A DNA stretch of 64,000 bases, taken from the NCBI RefSeq assembly GCF_009914755.1, contig NC_060939.1; one strand, given 5' to 3'. Numbering within the stretch: the first letter of the stretch is position 1; each line of letters opens with the position of its first letter. This DNA comes from the human T2T-CHM13v2.0 reference genome, Homo sapiens. The notes beneath the pieces are model-generated. The model was not told the DNA's origin and made no database searches. It was given only the letters and a program-made list of their open reading frames with translations. The translations under genes were made by a program, and so were the position numbers. This document shows, in pieces, positions 36,341 through 50,493 of the stretch.

Positions 36341-39300
36341 AACAGGAGTATGGGAGCTTTACATTTGTTGCTAACTTTGGAGCATTTTGATTTTATTTTA
36401 AAAGGAAGGCAGCAGTTTCTTAAACAAATTAAAATGTATGGCATTTTAATTTGAAAGTAAATTCTTATTTATTAAGGGAAAATTTGGAGGCTACATAGAG
36501 TGCTAGGTTAAAGTCAGCATAGTTTTTTCACCAGAAGAGTGCGAAGGCACCATGAGCCTCTGTCTTACCCAGGCATATGTAGAATCAGAGTCTTGAGCAG
36601 GGACTGAGGCTTCCTGTCGGTATTCCTAAGCATCTAAAGAAAAATAAAACCTTTTACCAGTCATTCAAGTGTTTTGTGTCTGCATGTCAAGAACCATTCA
36701 GAAGCTCCAAGTATCTGAATATTTGGTGCCCTATAGACAACATATCTGTGTGACTGTCTAAATTTCCCTAATTTAATTTTGATGTTTGGCCTCACAAAGA
36801 TGCAGCCAAAGCCTGACCAGCTATATCACTGAATATGTCAATTACAGTGGGATCTGAGGGTTGTAAGTTAAAGATCATGCGTTTTTTTTTTTGTTTTGTT
36901 TTTGTTTTCCCAGACTGTGTTTGATGACCGCAGTCACATTTTGGTGCATGTTAGCCCATGTTTTGAAAACATAAGAGTGTTTTTGAAAAGATAAGGCCTA
37001 CTTTCTGAAGAGTGGGCGTGTGTACTAGAGGTGGTCGGCAGTGCTGCAGCCTGTCAGTCAAAATCTGCCGGCAATGTCATTCAAGGTCAGAGACCCAGTG
37101 AACCACCAATCAAAGTCAGCAGGGCTGCTCATGTTCACTTGTCAGTGTTGGAAAGAGGTCACACGCTCAGTGGTGTGGCTAGTGTGTGAACAATGAGAGT
37201 ATTTTAGTGGTCAGAAGCACATTCTGCTACCTACCCCCTGGCAATTTCAGGATGCTTGCCTGGGTTTTTCCTATCCTACAGGGATAGAAGGCAGAGTAGT
37301 GGAAAAAGCCAACAGTGATTTTATAACTGAGTTATGAATTCCAAATTCTAAAAGCAAACTTGGTAGCTAATTTGGCACATAACTCTGATTAATATCATTT
37401 GCTTAGTATCTCTGTCAGTAAGAAAGGATAACATAAAGAAAAACTAGAAATATAATTTTAGATATCTAAAAGAGATATCACCTTTAAACATTTTTTACTT
37501 GTTATTCAGTTTGCTTTCCTGCCTTAGCTACCTATTATCTTGTTTAATTTTCACTAGCAAAAACAAGCTTTGCATTTATGGAAAACATTGGCAATTTTTA
37601 GGATGTGCTAACATCACAGATTAAAGCTTGGAAAATTTCAGTTTGATGGCCTAGAAAACAAAGATGACAAAAACGTTAAGCTCTGCCTTTTGGTAGGATC
37701 TTGATGGATTTTCAAAACCGAGCCCTCTCTGGAGGTAAAGGGATAATTCATCATCATCAAGAATATTTGCCATTCAAAGTTATTTAAGCAGCAGGAAATA
37801 CTGGCGTGGGCAGATGTTCAAAGCTCAATCAGAATGTGTCTCCTTGATGGCAAAACCTCCAAAGGAGTCATGTTTTGCTTATTGATGGTAAAATATGCAC
37901 ATATTTCTGTAGATCAACATGCTCCACATAAACACAGACTATTTGGCTAAACATTCAGAATTCACCTGAATATCATATAGATGTAAATGCAAAAACCTGA
38001 TTTTATGACTTACATTATTTATTAAAATATGTAACTATAGAGTTTTAAAAGTCCATACAAATAAAAGAACAAATAAAGCAAAGGGTATGTATGCTTGGTG
38101 TGAGCACTAGAGGTGGAGGTTTTTAAAATATGTAGAATAGTGAAGGTGAAACGCATATTTAGAGTGGTGTTATGGGGCCTGGGGCTTCAGGGTTGGAAAG
38201 GCCTTTAGGACTTTCTGTAATTTTGTGGGTGGTGGCATTAAGGTGCTTGTGGAGGAGGCACACATAGTTAATGTCAGATCCAAGTCCTGGCACTGCTTTG
38301 GAGTCCTGACCTCTTTCTCTACCAGGCTTGTGGGAATACAGCCTCTTTTCAGATTCACCTGAAAAGGCTTATGGCAGAAGTAAGTTTTCTGAGGCTGCTT
38401 ACGAGGTGGGAAAAGGAGGGTTTAGACACTGCAGGAATAGTGGATGTAGTAAGGAAATGCTCAGCAGAGGGCTGGGCCATTCAGGTGAAGGAAGCACTGG
38501 GTGGTTTACATGGGAGAACCAGGGGCCTATGGTTGCAGAAGGAGTAGTAACGAAAGAGAGGATGCTCAGAATTATCCAGTGAAGCAAAGCAGTTCTCTTT
38601 AAAATGAGCTGTCCCTGCTCTAAATTTTGGATTAGAAGTATTCTTAGCTTTCAGTAGCAACACCTTTATACAGGTGAACTGAGGTTTTGAGGGTGATAGG
38701 CTCCAGACATAGAAAGTACCTGATTCCAGCTGCAAGGCTTGGCTGGCTTGTTTGATAGCGGAATATGAGAGTGAGATGTGGAGATGTGAGCAAGGGGATA
38801 CAGATCATGTTTTCCTTCCCTTTCTCTGACACCCTAATCAACACCTCTAGGCTTGGAGGAAAGATTAAAATCCAAGAAAACAAAAGAGGAGTGATTCAAG
38901 CATGACTGGTTTCTTTCACAGATGTGGGGGGCTGGCCAAGAGGCACAAGTCAGCCAATTTTCAGCTCTGACAGCAGCTGAGGTCATCAGCTTCCTAATGG
39001 CACCCCTTAAGTCCTCCGAGGCCAGGGTGTCCTTTGAACTCAGTGGTTGTTACACTTCCAAAGCTAAGTGGAGAGGGAGAGAAACCTGCAAATTTTGCTG
39101 GCCCCTGAGTACACAATTACCTGGCTATTAAGACCTTAGGCTAAGGATGTAGGATTCTCTTATCTTCTCTGACCTGCAAACCAGTAGTTGTTCCTAGCTG
39201 ACTTATACATATGTGCACATACAATCACACATATATACACTCAATGAGATAGAAAAAGGGAAGGGTAGCCTAACGAAAAGGGCTTCTAGGATGGCAGAAG

Positions 39301-40887
39301 GACTTTTCTGAGAAAGGCTAATGCCCTGGTTCAAAGGGTGCTTACAATGGTTAGTGAGGACTGTTGAACTGGGAAGGGTTGTCTGGGGGGGACTTTTGTT
39401 ATGGCTGGATCTAGATCTAAGGGCTGGGTGAGAGCAAGGAGGCTAAGAAATACAAGTAGTCTTGCAATATGCTTTTGAAGGGTGTTTCAGTTCCTGGGGA
39501 TTCATTGGTCCAGCATTTGTGGAGCTTCAACTTCAGTGGGGGAGAGAGGAGAGGTGTTGTCTTTACTGTTCTATAACCAAACCATTTGGCACGAGGTTAT
39601 GATATGGGGAGGGAGTGGGGAAGACAGGCTTGGGAACTCTGTGTCAGTGAGAATTCCCAGCAGAAGCAGTATGGTAAATAAGGAAGGTACTTGGAAAACT
39701 TCACTAGGATGGAGCATGGTGCACTATTTAAAAATTATATATAGAAAGCTATGTTACATCAGGCAATAAACTATGACTAGTGAGAAACATGTGAGTAATG
39801 TTTAAGATGGTCCTTAAGACAAAGCCTGGAACATTTAAATTATTGTGAATTAAAATTTTCAGGATCCTTAATCTACTGAATGTGTTTTGGCTCAAGTGGT
39901 AGGCAGTTCAAATAAGAGATAAGAAATAAAATAGCCCTATCAAACTTCTAATTTTATCCATTTTTTATTTTAATTAATTATCTATATATAGCTGTGACAG
40001 CAGATGCAATTTAAACCTTGTCCTATACACAAGATGCATCCTGGACTCACACAGCGAATGTGAGACAAGAAGTCCTACCTGGATGACAATATCTGGATTC
40101 TTTTTACCTTTGCCCTCCTGGTCCAGGAGTGCTGAGCTCCCTTCCATTATCTGCCCCCTATGTTACTGTTGATGGTATGGAAAATAGCAGATGGCGTATT
40201 ACAGAAGCCACCTATGTCACATTCTGCCTTGGGCAGCATGAGGCTTCCCTTTGCAAGGAGATTGCTATTTCTGAGCTGTGTGATAGTTCCTCCCTCCCAA
40301 GCTTTATCTTGTCCAGCCTGAGGCTGTGGCCCTCCTGTTCAGCACAGGCAGTTCAGAGGCATGATTAGAAACTTGCTAGGGAACTGGCTTTTGGATTATG
40401 GAATAGCAGAGGATTCAGCAGGTGCTAGTGATCAGATCAGGGAAAGCCTGAGGCAGCGAGCCAGCCTAGAGCAAGTAAACACAAGCAGTTGAGTCAGGGC
40501 AGTAACTGATCTGGAGAGTGGCCAGTGGCAAGAAGGACTCAAGTGAGAAGAGACAGCTGGTGCAGGGGTGGGGATTATTTGCCAGATTCCAAGGTGTGAG
40601 TCAGGCTGAGGTGGCAGTCAAGACATGGCCAGAGCAGAGAGCCGTTTTGGGTTAGGCATGGAAACAGCCTAGCTAGCTCAGTACCCTGGACAGCTCCTGG
40701 GTTCAGGTCTCCTGGCAGCTGCCTCTGCAGCTCCATCCTCCTCGGATTGTTAAAGTGGCTTTATGCCAGACTTCTTGTTTATACACGATAAGGCTTGTCT
40801 TCAGAGCATTAGTCTAGAGAGCTCCATCCTAGAAGAAAGTGGCCACATATTCTGGCCTGACAGGTAGCTCTATAATTTGTTTGCCCA

Positions 40888-41300
40888 TTCCTTCCTTCCT
40901 TCCTTCATTCAATTATTCAGCAAAATCATTAAATCCTACTATGTGCCAGGGCCTCTCCTGGCTGCAAAGACATAACAATGAAAGAGATGCAGCTTTGCAT
41001 GGCTGCATCTAACTGTTATTGGGGAAGTCAGATATCTAAACAAATAAATAAAAATTCATATAGTGAGGGCAGTTATAGAGATGCACATAATATATTGTGG
41101 GAGCATGCAGAAGTTTCACTTGACCCTGAGAGAGTCATGGATGGCTTCCTGGAGGGGTGATCCCCGAGTAGTGTGTCTTGAAGAATGAGAGGGCTTTAGC
41201 CAGAGAGAGGAAGAGAAAGTAGTTGGGAGAGAAGGCAAAGCCATTGCACACAGAGGAGCCAACACAAGCAGAGGCAGAAACAGCATGGAGAAAATGTAAG
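40888..41300 (-). mobile_element. L2 3' fragment
   Basis: TTCATTCAATTATTCAGCAAA...CCTACTATGTGCCAGG...GGCTTCCTGGAGG. Confidence 0.8.
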
Positions 41301-42253
41301 GTATCTTTGGAGGAAAATGTATAAGATGCGGAAGGTTAAGTGATCTCATCTTGGCGCAGGGAAAATCTGTTTTTATCATTGATGGTGTGTTCACCCTCTC
41401 TCTTGGCTCACGTTCAGCCTGATACCAAGACACCAACATTTCATTAGGGACATGTGAAAGCCTTTTAAATCCAGATGAGTTGGTGAGACATACTGAGTCT
41501 GCATGGATAGCCCTCATTTGCTCCAACATCAAAAATTAACAGAAACCACTCATGTGAATGTGAGAGCAATTCATGCCTGTCAACAACTCCATTGACTGCT
41601 CTAACCACTGGCAGGCCTCTTGGAAGCCCCACTGCCCTATTCTTGGTGTGACAGGGAAGGAACAGGATTTCAGCCAGACTTTGGAGGGAGGTAGGGTTTT
41701 TGACTGTGGGTGAAAAGAGGAAAGACAGGCTCCTTAGGGGAAATATATGAATAAAACAAAAATGCAAAGAATACAAAGGATAAGGATAGTGAATTTATTG
41801 GACTAGAGTGAAAAAAAAGCTTATCCAGTGCTTCAGAGATAGAGAAAACCAGAAAGGTGGGTTGGAACCAGGTGACCATGAGCCACAAAGGCTAGACAGT
41901 GTTGAGGCCATTAATGAGAACCAATTGTTGTGCTGTCCAACCCAACCATTTAATTTTTGGTAATATTATTGCTACTTGTGACATTTCTTTCCTTCTTCTC
42001 CAGCACATCACCAGTTTCATTTGTTAATTCACTCATCTATTTACTTACTTAAGCTCCTCTGCATCACTATTTTATTAACATCACAGAAGACTCTTGCAAG
42101 GGTGGTAACTTGAGTTTCTGTACTGTATATCTATTTTCTTTCTTTTAAAAAAGTAGCATTATTTTCTTTTGATGATTCTTATACAGAAGTCTGTAGGACG
42201 TTCTAATTTGCATATATTCGTTAGCATTAGGGCAGGTCAAATTTGAGACTGTG

Positions 42254-42302
42254 CATGAGGTCAGAGCTCTCATGAATGGGATTAGTGACCTTATAAAAGA
42301 GG
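42254..42302 (+). mobile_element. MLT1A/MST-type LTR fragment within a TSD-flanked insertion
   Basis: CATGAGGTCAGAGCTCTCATGAATGGGATTAGTGACCTTATAAAAGAGG versus consensus CATGAGGGTGGAGCCCTCATGAATGGGATTAGTGCCCTTATAAAAGAGG. Confidence 0.8.
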
Positions 42303-42306
42303 TTCA

Positions 42307-42438
<132 letters not shown>

Positions 42439-42564
42439 TTGATTAAGTGTTTTTAAACTTAAAAAAAAAATTTGAGACTGTGGATTAGGGCAGAGCTGCA
42501 GGCCTTTTCTGTCTGTAGCTTCTCACTTTGCCTCAATTCAGCCCCTGTTATTTGATCTGCTGTC

Positions 42565-42782
42565 TATGAAGGCAGTGTCATGTACAACGGCTGCAGTCTG
42601 AATTCTGGTTTTGCCCCTTACTGGCTTTGGGATCTTGGGCATCACTTCCTGAGCACTGGATTCCTAATCTGAACTTCTGAGGTCATTATGAGACTTAAAT
42701 GAGATAATGTGTGTTAAGTGCTTAACTCGTCTACTCAGCATATTGTAAGTGCTCAGTAAACAGTTGCTATTTATATTATTAT
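42565..42782 (+). mobile_element. MIR
   Basis: TGAATTCTGGTTTTGCCCCTTACTGGC...AAATGAGATAATGTG...GTAAGTGCTCAGTAAA. Confidence 0.75.
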
Positions 42783-43664
42783 CAGAAATTAGCCATTGAG
42801 CCATAGACCAGAACTTAGAGAAACCTTTGAGATGGTTGAGGTAGAGGTGAGCAAGGATTAGACACTGTTAACAAGATCTTCTGATCCCTGGCCCAGAGCT
42901 TTCTCTAATCAACACCAAGTCCCCACAGCCTTGTCTGTGGCAAGATTTCAACACAACTATTAATGATGTGGGGAAACTTCCTCTGAAATATACAGACCTC
43001 TGTTCTAGAGTAAGTGTGTATTTACAGCATCAAGACAGATCATTAACCCAGTCCTCAAAATTAAAGAGCAAGTACAAATCAAAGTAAACCATTGTAAAAC
43101 TCCATAAGTGATACAAATGCTTCAATAGGCTTTCATTGAAAAGCTCCCAAATTGTGCTAGTGATTTCATAATTGTCAGAATCAGAAATGAAAGAACACTT
43201 GAAAATGTGTTCTGCCTTATTTTATCAGTTAGAGAAGATAAGGAAGTATTTTCCAGTGTTTCCTTCCATAGCCCCTCTCTCTTTCTGTCGATCACCACCC
43301 TGTCCCCGCATTTATCTATGTGTCTGTTGGTCTAGCTGTCATCTATCTCCAATCCTTGGCTTAATTCTCCAGAGTATATCTGTCACATACTTTTTCTCAT
43401 GAGGTTAACTGACCAGGGAAACAGTCATTTAGATTTTTTTTGAAACTATATTGCTGGTTGTTTTCTAGGTAAACTCAGTTCCTGGTCTTGAATGAAGGCT
43501 ACAAATCCTAAAGCTGAGGCTGGCACAGCTTTGAGAAGTGGGGCATATCCTCAATGGAAGTGAATACTTCCTTCCTTGACCTTGCAGCTTAAGTCTCCAT
43601 CCCTCAATTTTCATTAACTGCCTGGCCCAGTGGATTTTCCTCGAGATATTAATGTCTTCTCTTC

Positions 43665-43770
43665 ACAACAAGACACCAAGCTCTTGAAGAGCATAGGTCC
43701 TGCTTTCTTGATGTCATCAGCATTTCCTGACCCAATGTCTTGTATATGCTGGGGCTCACTACATGGAGAT
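43665..43770 (+). mobile_element. L2 3' fragment
   Basis: AAGCTCTTGAAGAGCATAGG...TCTTGTATATGCTGGGGCTCA. Confidence 0.5.
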
Positions 43771-44939
43771 TTGACTTCCATCAGGACACTCAATCATTCT
43801 TGTCATAGAGACAAGAACAAGGGCATCCCAAGGCAACCACAAAGGCATTGCATTGCATCTTCAGCCACCAGCCACCCTCGGAGAAGTTCTTCCTCCTTGG
43901 AACAGAAGTGTTTATCCCATTAGTATAGGGAGATCATATCTGTCCAGTAGCCTCCTTTCTATGCATCTCTGCTTTTCCTAAGAAACAATTAGATATACAT
44001 TTATAATGTATATAATGATAGGTCAAATTTATTATGTGCCCCTCTCTCCTTCAGGATGTTTACATTTTAACTGTTGAAATAGATCCCATTAAGTTCAGGC
44101 AAAAGGAATGAAATGTCAATTATGGGAATTTCAGGCATCAGTAACAGTATGTGTGAGTGTGTGTGTGTGTGTGTTTACGTATTGTGGGAGAGGCAGCTGC
44201 ACAGGGAAGCCAGGAAATGGGACCTTTCTGGCTTTGGAATTTATGCCAGTAGGTGACCCCTTCCCCTCACAAGATATGCATAAGATTGTCCCTTTTCGGT
44301 TATGTTTTTGCTTTCCTTTGGCATTCTCCTCCCTTGCAATGAAAGTTTCTTGACATTTTGTTGGCTAAGAAATGATTAAATGGGAAACATTAAAAAGTGG
44401 AGACCCTCTTTAGTATCTGTGATTATTTTTTCTTTCCTGGAACACTAAAGAAGGACTCTAGCCTTTGCTTCTGATTCAGTCCCCTTCCTTAGCCAGCCAC
44501 AGTCAGCGTTTGACTGTCTTGTTCTTTCTGGGATCATCATGTTTCCTGGGGCAGGTCGAGGAGCACTTGATTATGTCTAAGATAGCAGCTGGCAAAGCAC
44601 CCTGAGCATAGTCAGTTTATTTTAGAGTTTGAGTTATTTTGTTACCTACTCTGGGCCCTGTCCTCTGGAGGGAGTTCACGATCTCTATTCGCAGACTTGA
44701 CATTTCCTGCCCTTTCCTTCAGTCCCAGCTCTTCTTTCTGTCATTCGTAACTCTGATTCCAGAGTGACCTACTGTGTTTAGGTTTTTATTCTTGTACACT
44801 TCACAGTGACATCTTTTATTTTGATATATAGAATCATCCATCTTTAAAGGATTTCTCTAGTATGCCCTGCATCTTCTGTGGAATAGAATTCTCCAAACCA
44901 CCTCTTCCCTTCTCTCCATTTAGCCTTCTTACAAAGTCT

Positions 44940-45445
44940 CTTTCATGGCTTTGTCAGGAACCTTTTGCATTTACCTGACTGCTGACCACATTTTCACCTT
45001 ATTACTGGATCCTTCTCATTCCTCCTCTCTCCATGGGAGCCATGCTCCTGTCATTCTGAATTATTTGAGGTTCCCTGGAAATACCATGCCCTTTCATGCC
45101 TCTGAACAGGTTGTCTGTCTGCCTGACATTCCTTCTAGCTCTCCTTTCTTCCTTTCTTCTGCAGACATAATGTCCCTCCTCATCTGATCCTGCTGGGGCA
45201 CTGCCCATCACTCTGTGAATTCTTATGCAGCCTGCAAGTCTTAGACAATTGCTCCTCTGGGCTTTTTAGACTCTCTTTATGTCATACTATTTCCTTCACC
45301 TATAGGCCCTGGTAGAATATATTTCTACTAGCACTTATCACAGGATATTTTAATTATTTATGTGCCTGTGTGTTTGTAGAGCAAAGACCTTGCCTTCTTC
45401 AACTCTGTACCTAAACATCTGACCCATTCAAGTCCCTGAATGCAT
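44940..45445 (+). mobile_element. L2 fragment
   Basis: TTCCCTGGAAATACCATGCCCTTTCATGCCTCTG...TAGCACTTATCACA...AGAGCAAAGACC. Confidence 0.65.
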
Positions 45446-46089
45446 GCATGCATGCATGTACGAACTAAGGTAACACACAGGCTAAACCTGGCTATCTTGA
45501 TGGCTTCTTAGTGATGGAGTGAGAATTGTAAGGGAGAAGGAAGCCTTGAGTCCTGGCTCAACTCTCCACGTGAGCTTTTCTCTAGGGCGGGAAGCCAAAG
45601 ACTCCATGGCTCTCCTGAAGCAGACAATTTGGTAAAAAAAAAAAATAGATTACTCGAAAACACATTGAACAAAGTAACAAATTGGTTAAAATGACTGTGT
45701 GAACAAAGCATTAAAATTTCAATTCATTGGGGTTTTACATATTGATATGTTTTTGCATCATGTAGATAATATTACAATATTATACGTAGACTTTAAAGCA
45801 TTATTATCCATATTCAGGATTTATTCAGGTTTAGGGATCAGTTTTGTGCACCTCGAAGAATTCTTATGACTTTGTGTTGCAGGTTTAAAATCTTACCTGG
45901 ACACAGCATCATTATGCAATCTAGTGGTTGGAAGCACTGGAACCATTCCTTTTGCTACATTTCTGCTGATAAATTAGATTTGAGCCATAAAGAAGAGTTA
46001 AATAATTAAAACATTTCCAAAGCAGTGGGGATATTATGATATTTGATTAAAAAATGAGTTGGAAAATTTTAAATGCCCAAATTTGAAAA

Positions 46090-46222
46090 ATGAACAAAAT
46101 GTTAAAAATAGATGGGAAAGGCTGGGACCCTGACTGGGCCTCCTTTCTCTCACCCCAAGTGGGACCCAAGGCACTTCCATGAAACTCAAGGGCTCTGGAA
46201 AATCCAGTTTGAAAACCAGTGG
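46090..46222 (+). mobile_element. hAT-Charlie DNA transposon end fragment
   Basis: Terminal AGGGCTCTGGAAAATCCAGTTTGAAAACCAGTG. Confidence 0.5.
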
Positions 46223-46936
46223 CCAAAACTTAACTGTCTAATTTTCCAGGTGTAGAAACTAGGGACCAAATAAGACAATAGAGCCATAACTCAAGTAGGT
46301 TTTCTTGCTCCTAGGTCAGTGGTAGAAGGAGGAAGCCTGCCTTGACTCCAGACCCATTTTTCTGGAGGGGAAAAAGTGTGGTATCTTTACTTCCCTGGCT
46401 GTAAGTAGAGTAGAGGTGGGATTATGTCTGCCCAGGGATTGTTCCTCAGGTCAATTTAAAACTTGCTGGCTAAGTGGTCACTCTATGTTGGGTCACACCA
46501 TCATGGAGGCAGAGGAATGCCCAGTCATTGGTAAAGTACATCCCTGGGAATCCACACACATGATTCGTGTTCAAGCATCATAACACTGTAAAATCATGAG
46601 TCATGTTAACTCTCTGGGCCCTAGGCTCTTCATTTTAAAAATAAAGTGTTGGAGGACATTACCTCTAGTGCCCCTTTAGGTTTGGCATTTGGTGATGTCA
46701 GAGGCCATGTAACAGTTCCTGTAGCTGGGTATTCTCTTTATAAAGGGTCCCATTCTACTTCCCTAGCAAAAAGGAATGCATAACCAATCTTCTTAGTTCT
46801 GGACTGACTTACATGGAGAGGTGAGACTTCATATTGTTATAAGCAAAATTAAGAGAAGTTGATTAACGAAGGAAGCACGAGTTTTATCTTTTCATCTTAG
46901 GCTTGGTATGGACTTCTCTGAAGTGTAAACGATGCC

Positions 46937-47045
46937 TTCATTCATCATGGTCCAGGGATGAGGCATTGAAGAGGTAAATAAGACTTAGTCCCTGATCTCA
47001 AGGAGCCCACATTCTTATGGGAAAGGTATCCTTATAAACAAATAT
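46937..47045 (-). mobile_element. L2 fragment
   Basis: GTAAATAAGACTTAGTCCCTGATCTCAAGGAGCCCACATTCT. Confidence 0.6.
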
Positions 47046-47084
47046 AATCTTTAGAACCAGGATAGAATATTCATAAAACGGTGA

Positions 47085-47215
47085 TAAAATGACCAAGTAC
47101 TTCACATGCAGTCTCTCTTCAAATCTTCTCAATGATTACACCCATTTCCTAGGTGAGATAGATGAGAAAACTAAAGCTCAGTGATGTTAGAGACTTTCCC
47201 AAGGTCATTATCACT
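47085..47215 (-). mobile_element. MIR fragment
   Basis: AGATGAGAAAACTAAAGCTCAG...CCCAAGGTCA. Confidence 0.65.
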
Positions 47216-49159
47216 ATTGAGAATGGGTTAAATGGGATAGGCTTTAGGCATTGAGGTCCCAGTAAGGAAGATATTGTAAAGCTTTAAGTAGGTGGGCTTG
47301 AACTCAGCTGAGGCCACAGGCAAGATGGATAGCCCAAACCTCAATATGCTGCCTTGCCTATATTTCCCTTTTAAAGAGTTCCTGCTACCCTTGAAACATA
47401 AGTTTTAAAGGTCCTTCTTCCACATAAATCATTGTGTTGATGTGGGCTGTTATTTATGGAATCAAGAATGAGTGCTTAACCTAAGAATAGCTCATCTATA
47501 GACTTACTAGTGGACAATGGGATGGTTTGGCACAAAAGTGATGGCCAGTGGGGATGGTTGAACAATTGGATCTGGTGACTTGGTTTATTTGAACATGAGA
47601 AATACAGAAAGGGTTAAATAGTCAGAAGTTAGAAGGAAAGCCAAAGATACAGAGCTAAGCAGACACACTCTATGGGAGAATGTATGCTGTGATTGATAAA
47701 CGCCTGCTGGCAAGATACCTTGGTCACTAGAGTTGTATTGGATCCTGAATAAACTTCAACTTCCCCAAGCAAGTTCTGATCATTTTGAGCCTTACTGTGT
47801 GGCCACATCTACTTGGTCAAGATTCTTATCATCTTTATATACCTACACGTCTCCTTATCCCCAAGATCTTCTTTACCTGAAGCAAACCAAGTGAAATTTA
47901 ATTCCTTGCAACCAAAACAGTACATTTGAAGTTGGAGTTTAGAATAGGGTCCAGCTTTGGGAAATTTTCCTGAGGAAAAAAGCTAATGGGATTTGATGAC
48001 CAATTTTATCATTATTGATTATTTTCAAAAGGTAGAGCTATTGGAAAAGAGAAGCCTACTACATTTTACAGCAAATCGCACAAAACCAAATATGAGACAT
48101 GAGGTTTCAAACCACTCAGAGTCTGAATTTGCAGCAAAATTAAGGCTGTAATAGACTAAAGGAATGTTCAGAGGAATAACAACCAGAAACAACATAAAAT
48201 AGAAGATACATTACAAGAAATTAAAAGAACTAGTATAGTTTGGGGCAACCACAATTGAACTCTGCAGGAGCTGCCTTTGTTTCTCTGCCTTAACATGTAT
48301 TTGTTCCTGCAGATTAGTAGCCTCCATTCAGGGAAGAAATGGCCCTGGATCAGTGGTCCATCTTAGGAACCACAGGTGTTGTTGTACACATTCTGTTTAC
48401 AACCTTAGGGGTGAGTGAAAAACAAAACCTAACCAAGAAAACAGCGACCACAGACCAGAATGAGCTTTGCCAACATTTCCTTCCTAATCATTCCTAAACA
48501 ACCAGACACATAATGGCATGATAACAAGCACAAAGTTCTAACATCTACGTGGAATGTCAATTTTAAATAAGAGTGAGGACATGGGTGTGTTTGTGCATGT
48601 GTATGTGGAAAACAATTTAAAAAATTAATGTGACTAATCTACTCATGTCTTGCATATTCAGTAACCTTCAGAATTCACCTCATTGAAGGGCCACTAGTTT
48701 TGAAGAATGTAGATTAATAAGCCTCCTTGCTTAAAAAATGAGCTTCAATATTTGTGCAAATCATAGAGTCAAAAGAAAAAAATCGATGGACTATCGACTA
48801 CTGGGGATGATCACATTCATTTTGCCCTTTGTGGTTGGTGAAATCCATGCTGCAATTACAGAGACAGGCTGGCAGCAAAGAGCCTCAGTCGGGCTTTCAG
48901 CTCCACATTAATCCAAAACTCCCCATTTTAATGCAGATATAGATTGCCACAAGTCAATAGCTGACTACTTGAATTGTGAAGTAGCAGCTCTGCGTGGCAC
49001 TGGCAAGCGTAAGCTTACAGTATTTGGGAATTTCAAAGCTTTGCTGTGTGAACCAGTGTAGCTGAGGCTCAGGGGGAGGTGTGGTTGTGCTGATGCTGTT
49101 GAAAAGATCTGTCTTTGGGATCTAAAACACAGATTATAGCAAATTCAAGGTGGGTGGGT

Positions 49160-49345
49160 CATAGAATTATAGGAGTATAGAGCTGGAAAAGACCTAGAGG
49201 TCACCTGGTCCAGCTCCTTCCTTAAAGATGAGGAAATTGAGGTCCTTGGAGGTTAACTAACTTGCATGTGGTTACACAGCCAGTCAGCAGAAGACTCCGT
49301 ACTAGAAAAAGAGAGATGTCCTCCTGGATTTTCTACTACTCTGCA
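49160..49345 (-). mobile_element. MIR3/MIRc
   Basis: AGAGCTGGAAAAGACCTAGAGGTCACCTGGTCCA...AGATGAGGAAATTGAGG. Confidence 0.75.
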
Positions 49346-49724
49346 TAGGTTATGAAAAATCAAAATTTGCTTTCTTTGCTAGATCACACACTTGTGCACA
49401 TGCAGTAGATACATCACTGAGTAGGTTTTATTTAATTCAGTTTTAGTATTCAATGACCCACGAAATGGGGTGGTAAGGAACTCATTCTCATTACTGGGAG
49501 TATGTATGTAGTGAGGCCAGTGTAAAAACTAAATTGTAACATTTTGCAACTGAGGGGAAGGTGAGATCCTGAGAGGCATTAAATGGGACAAAATTTTAAA
49601 AAAAATTACTTCGCAAGTGATAAAGCACTATACTCATATTAGGGGTAATGGTTATTTTAAAGTATGCCTTTTTTTGGGGAAGACTTCTATTTCATGCGGT
49701 ACATGGTTTGTTACTCATATCAAA

Positions 49725-49842
49725 CCAGTCTGTGAATACATAGATAATAAGGATCAGTGTCTCATGTTTCTGTCATCAGGGAATACCACAGTGTTTGGCA
49801 CACAGCAGATGCTCAGTAAATATATTTGCTGTATGTTGAATG
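49725..49842 (+). mobile_element. L2 3' end
   Basis: CACAGTGTTTGGCACACAGCAGATGCTCAGTAAATAT...TTGAATG. Confidence 0.7.
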
Positions 49843-49867
49843 TTATATATCTAAACCCATATCATAA

Positions 49868-50035
49868 GTTATTGTACTCAAAGTGTGGTTTGTGGTCCAG
49901 TAGCATCAATTCCACCTGGGAGTTTGTTAGAAATGCAGGATTTGGGGCCCTGCCCCAGACCTACTGAGGCAGAATCTGCATTTTAACAAGATCTCCGAGT
50001 GCCTGACAGTCTCATAAAAGTTTGAGAGGCCTTGC
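49868..50035 (+). mobile_element. MER5B (hAT-Charlie)
   Basis: TACTCAAAGTGTGG...TTGTTAGAAATGCAG...CAGACCTACTGA...TCTGCATTTTAACAAGATC. Confidence 0.85.
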
Positions 50036-50175
50036 AATAAACTGTGCTGAACCATCTCTATTCATCCAAACCCTATTGCATGAGTTTAGGTGTGGTCTGC
50101 ATATGGGGTAGCAATTGTGATTGATTGAAATTATCACTGAATGGCCCTGAAATCATCCACAGAAGCAGCAACATT

Positions 50176-50493
<318 letters not shown>

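Noticed and set aside
36880-36915. Plus-strand acceptor after (TTTTG)n (likewise at about 52170)
   Set aside because: Low-complexity T tract with no strong paired donor
45897-45965. Minus-strand exon with CAG|GTAAGA donor
   Set aside because: Good donor but weak acceptor pyrimidine tract
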